Origin: an uncultured Anaerolineales bacterium
GTDB taxonomy: Bacteria > Chloroflexota > Anaerolineae > UBA1429
Length of the DNA stretch: 34,251 nucleotides
Direction: 5' to 3'
Assembly (NCBI GenBank): GCA_964624695.1
Contig: CAZUZB010000005.1
Span: forward strand, 1 to 34,251
Shown here: positions 32,021 through 34,251 of the stretch, one piece after another
Numbering within the stretch: position 1 is the stretch's first letter
How the letters are laid out: each line of letters opens with the position of its first letter
Program-made: the position numbers and the translations under genes
Notes under the pieces: model-generated
The model's database searches: none
What the model was told of the DNA's origin: nothing
The model's input: the letters and a program-made list of their open reading frames with translations, nothing else

Positions 32021-33051
32021 CGTTCGCCCGGCTCCTCTGCCTCATCAGCCGGGGAAGCGTTCACCTGCGCCCCGGCCAGCTCGCGCGCTGCGCCCAGGCT
32101 CAGGCCCTCCTGCGTCAGGCCCACCAGTCCCAGCACGATCATCGCCAACATGGTATAGATATGCAGTCCCAAGGCGTATCCAGCCCCTTCGCTCTGGCCC
32201 ACGCCAAACACCAGCAGCGCCTGGACGGCGGCCCATTCGAACACCCCCAGGCCGCCGGGCGAGGCGGGGATGGCCATGCCAAAACCCGTCGCGACCAGCA
32301 CCATGGCCGCTGCGCTAAAGGGCAGATGCGCCAGCCCAAACACCGCCATCATGATATAGTTGAACAGCGCATAGCCCGCCCAAATCAGCGCCGATGAGAC
32401 CAGCAGGCCGGGCACCAGGCGCCAGTTGAGCAATACCTCAAAGCCACCAACCAGGTTGGCCACCCCCGCCCGCACCTTGGGGCTGCCAACCAGAGGAACC
32501 CGCCCTACGATGCGCCACAGCAGCTCCATGCCTCGCTCTCCATGGCGAGCCAACACCAGCATGCCCACCACCCCCACCGCGGCGATCGTTCCCAACGTCA
32601 CCGCAGCTTTCGTGGCCCAGCTTGGGAACTCGACAAACGGCAGCAGCAGCACCAGCATGATCACCACGGTGAGCATATCCACGATGCGCTCCATCAGCAC
32701 AGTAGATAGCCCACGGCCGACCCCGCCAGCCGCGCGGCGGCCCACCAAGACGCCCCGAACGATCTCCCCAGCCTTGGCGGGAAAGATATTGTTCATCAAG
32801 TAGCCGATGTTCACCAGGCGGAACAGCCACATCAGCGAGAGCGGGGCGTCGCCATCGAGGAGCAGGCCCCAACGGTAAGCTCTCACCAGGTTGATAACAA
32901 CCACCACCAGCGTGGCAGGTACCAGGTAGATGTACCGCGCGCTGGCGAACAGCCGCAAGAGCTCGTCCCAGTCCAGGTCGCGGAGGACCAGGTAGAGGAA
33001 CAGCAGGCTGATGGCCACCCCGATGGCGACTTGCACCCGACGCTTGCGCAT
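32017..33051 (-). CDS. Flippase-like membrane protein (TIGR00374 / LPG_synthase_TM, MprF-flippase-domain-like)
   Basis: 344-aa ORF with about 8 TM spans. The N-terminus is characteristic: RKRRVQVAIGVAISLLFLYLVLRDLDWDELLRLFASARYIYLVPATLVVVVINLVRAYRWGLLL. ATG at 33051 with GGAG 5 nt upstream. It is the first complete gene behind the candidate promoter. Confidence 0.85.
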   Translation of the reverse strand: MRKRRVQVAIGVAISLLFLYLVLRDLDWDELLRLFASARYIYLVPATLVVVVINLVRAYRWGLLLDGDAPLSLMWLFRLVNIGYLMNNIFPAKAGEIVRGVLVGRRAAGGVGRGLSTVLMERIVDMLTVVIMLVLLLPFVEFPSWATKAAVTLGTIAAVGVVGMLVLARHGERGMELLWRIVGRVPLVGSPKVRAGVANLVGGFEVLLNWRLVPGLLVSSALIWAGYALFNYIMMAVFGLAHLPFSAAAMVLVATGFGMAIPASPGGLGVFEWAAVQALLVFGVGQSEGAGYALGLHIYTMLAMIVLGLVGLTQEGLSLGAARELAGAQVNASPADEAEEPGER

Positions 33052-33075
33052 GTGAGCTCCGTGCAGTATAGAGAC

Positions 33076-33093
33076 GGCCCCTCATCTGGGGCC
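33076..33093 (-). other. Small hairpin in the putative 5' leader of the array
   Basis: GGCCCC-(6 nt)-GGGGCC, a 6-bp stem. It lies between the candidate -10 (33106..33114) and the Shine-Dalgarno at 33057..33060. Confidence 0.35.
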
Positions 33094-33105
33094 ATCCGAT
33101 CGCCG

Positions 33106-33135
33106 ATTATAGCATCGCCCACAGGCCCGCGCCAA
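33106..33135 (-). promoter_or_regulatory. Candidate promoter of the glycan-assembly array (TTGGCG - 18 nt - TATAAT with a TGC extended -10)
   Basis: The minus strand reads GATGCTATAATCGGCG, with TGCTATAAT at 33106..33114. TTGGCG lies at 33130..33135. It sits in the 101-nt gap between the partial upstream gene and the flippase-like gene. Confidence 0.45.
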
Positions 33136-33152
33136 GCGCGCGCCCTGCCCGC

Positions 33153-34251
33153 CTAGGGCCAGGTGATCTCTGCCAAGCCCAGGGCTTGCTCCAGCTCGGC
33201 AGAGCTCAGCGCGACGGTGCGGCGGAACACCAGCGGCTTGGGATGGTCGTACACGGTAAAACTCTCGTCCGCCATACCCAGGTTCAGGGCACGGCGGCTC
33301 GCCTCCGCTTCCGCCACCAGCGCGGGCATGGGCAGCCCCACGTGATCGAACGTGTCGTCGACCAGCTCCACCCCCGCCAAGCCAGGATAGGCCGTGCTCA
33401 AGTGCACCAGCTCGAAACCCAGCTCTTCCGCCATCAGGGCCTGATAGTAGCGCGAGGTCAGTGGATAGCGCTCGGGCAGCCGAGGGATGGTGTTATACAG
33501 CCGATGGGTAGAGAGCACGATATAGTCGGCGCTCTGCAGGTAGCCCAGCAACTGGTACGCCTTGTCGCGGGTATCGGCATCGTAGGCAGGGAACCGAAAC
33601 ACGTTCAGGTCCGTGTAGCAGGCGTCGGGCCCGGTACGACGTTGCGTCAGCGGGAGCGGATCGTCCCAATGCTCGACCACGACGATCGATCCGCTGGGCA
33701 CCGTCTCGCAGATGTAGCGGGTCGTCTGGATCCACGGGTGCGTCTGCGCATAGACGCGCAGGTAGGCCAGGGCATACAGCGCCGTGGCCACCATCACCGC
33801 GCCCGCCGCCACGCGTCCTAGCACCCGCGCCCATCGCGCGCGCAGACCCCACGCCCGCCACAAGAGGTGCCCCGCCCACAGGCATAGCAGCGGCGTGATC
33901 GGCAGCATGTACCGGGCAAACTTGGCATGGAGGCCGCCCACGGCCGCCACATACACCAGGCACCAGGATAGCGGCACCAGTAGTGCCACCGCCCGATCTC
34001 GCTCCTTTGCCACGAATCCACGGATCACGAGCCCCACCTGGAGCGCCATCCCCGTCAGCCCGGCCACGCCCAGCGGCACCCCCAGCGACCAAATCAGCAG
34101 TTGCCGCAGATGGTACAGATAGGGGATCGTTCCAGCATACTGGCGGGTGTAGGGTACATCAATGGCACCGCTGGCCATGCGGCCCTCGTGGATCACGTCC
34201 GTCAGAAAGCGAAACGGATCGATGACGGCATAGGGCTGGGCCGCCGCCATG
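33153..34251 (-). CDS. GT-C-like membrane protein, 5'-partial; stand-alone paralog of the giant protein's N-module
   Basis: The frame is open to the window edge. The visible 365 aa align with aa ~340-700 of the 2386-aa protein:
- SGAIDVPYTRQYAGTIPYLYHLRQLLIWSLGVPLGVAG vs [38 protein letters not shown]
- KFARYMLPITPLLCLWAGHLL vs [21 protein letters not shown]
- YPLTSRYYQALMAEELGFELV...ADESFTVYDHPKPLVFRR vs [21 protein letters not shown]...[18 protein letters not shown]
The N-terminal part, with its expected acidic loop, must lie beyond the window. Confidence 0.85.
   Translation of the reverse strand, partial: MAAAQPYAVIDPFRFLTDVIHEGRMASGAIDVPYTRQYAGTIPYLYHLRQLLIWSLGVPLGVAGLTGMALQVGLVIRGFVAKERDRAVALLVPLSWCLVYVAAVGGLHAKFARYMLPITPLLCLWAGHLLWRAWGLRARWARVLGRVAAGAVMVATALYALAYLRVYAQTHPWIQTTRYICETVPSGSIVVVEHWDDPLPLTQRRTGPDACYTDLNVFRFPAYDADTRDKAYQLLGYLQSADYIVLSTHRLYNTIPRLPERYPLTSRYYQALMAEELGFELVHLSTAYPGLAGVELVDDTFDHVGLPMPALVAEAEASRRALNLGMADESFTVYDHPKPLVFRRTVALSSAELEQALGLAEITWP

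Noticed and set aside
33115-33152. GC-rich palindromic stretch (CGCGC-CAA-GCGCG) after the partial gene's stop, considered as a terminator
   Set aside because: It has only a 5-bp stem with a 3-nt loop and no U-tract, which is too weak to call.
1-34251. Scan for tRNA, rRNA, CRISPR arrays, IS elements, integrases, toxin-antitoxin or defence-system genes
   Set aside because: I could recognise none. The intergenic space is small (the largest gaps are 3452-3807, 1089-1243, 33052-33152 and 16529-16616) and is accounted for by promoter or terminator candidates. This was a visual scan only; a covariance-model scan would be needed to be definitive.

Overview
This is a high-G+C bacterial chromosomal window. 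The gene families suggest Chloroflexota, but that is an inference. I found no rRNA, tRNA, CRISPR array, transposase or integrase. Most of the long ORFs in the track are antisense or alternate-frame artefacts of the G+C content. The track also renders TTG and GTG starts as M; I checked this at 8923, 16528, 28022, 30884 and 32020.

Left part (1-7.7 kb): a 3'-partial Cys/Met-metabolism PLP enzyme that is missing from the track, a coiled-coil protein plus membrane-anchored CE4 polysaccharide deacetylase pair, and a plus-strand unit of GH2 beta-mannosidase, nitroreductase and HpcH/HpaI aldolase.

Right part (7.7-34.25 kb): 14 consecutive minus-strand genes, mostly abutting or overlapping. About 21 kb of this encodes polytopic membrane proteins. 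In transcription order they are:
- a 5'-partial GT-C-like protein
- an MprF/TIGR00374-type flippase-like protein
- a GT4 glycosyltransferase
- a SAM methyltransferase
- two GT39/PMT_2-like proteins
- a 2386-aa giant (GT-C-like N-module plus two Chlor_Arch_YYY/DUF2298 domains)
- a 778-aa single-copy YYY protein
- a 587-aa divergent TIGR03663-like protein
- a 1034-aa TIGR03663-like protein fused to a six-bladed NHL propeller
- a HAD phosphatase, a NudK-like Nudix hydrolase, a CCA-adding enzyme and a Gfo/Idh/MocA oxidoreductase

The main finding is this YYY/TIGR03663-centred array. I read it as a candidate uncharacterised envelope-glycan assembly system, possibly mannose-based. All family calls rest on motifs I read by eye; no searches were run.
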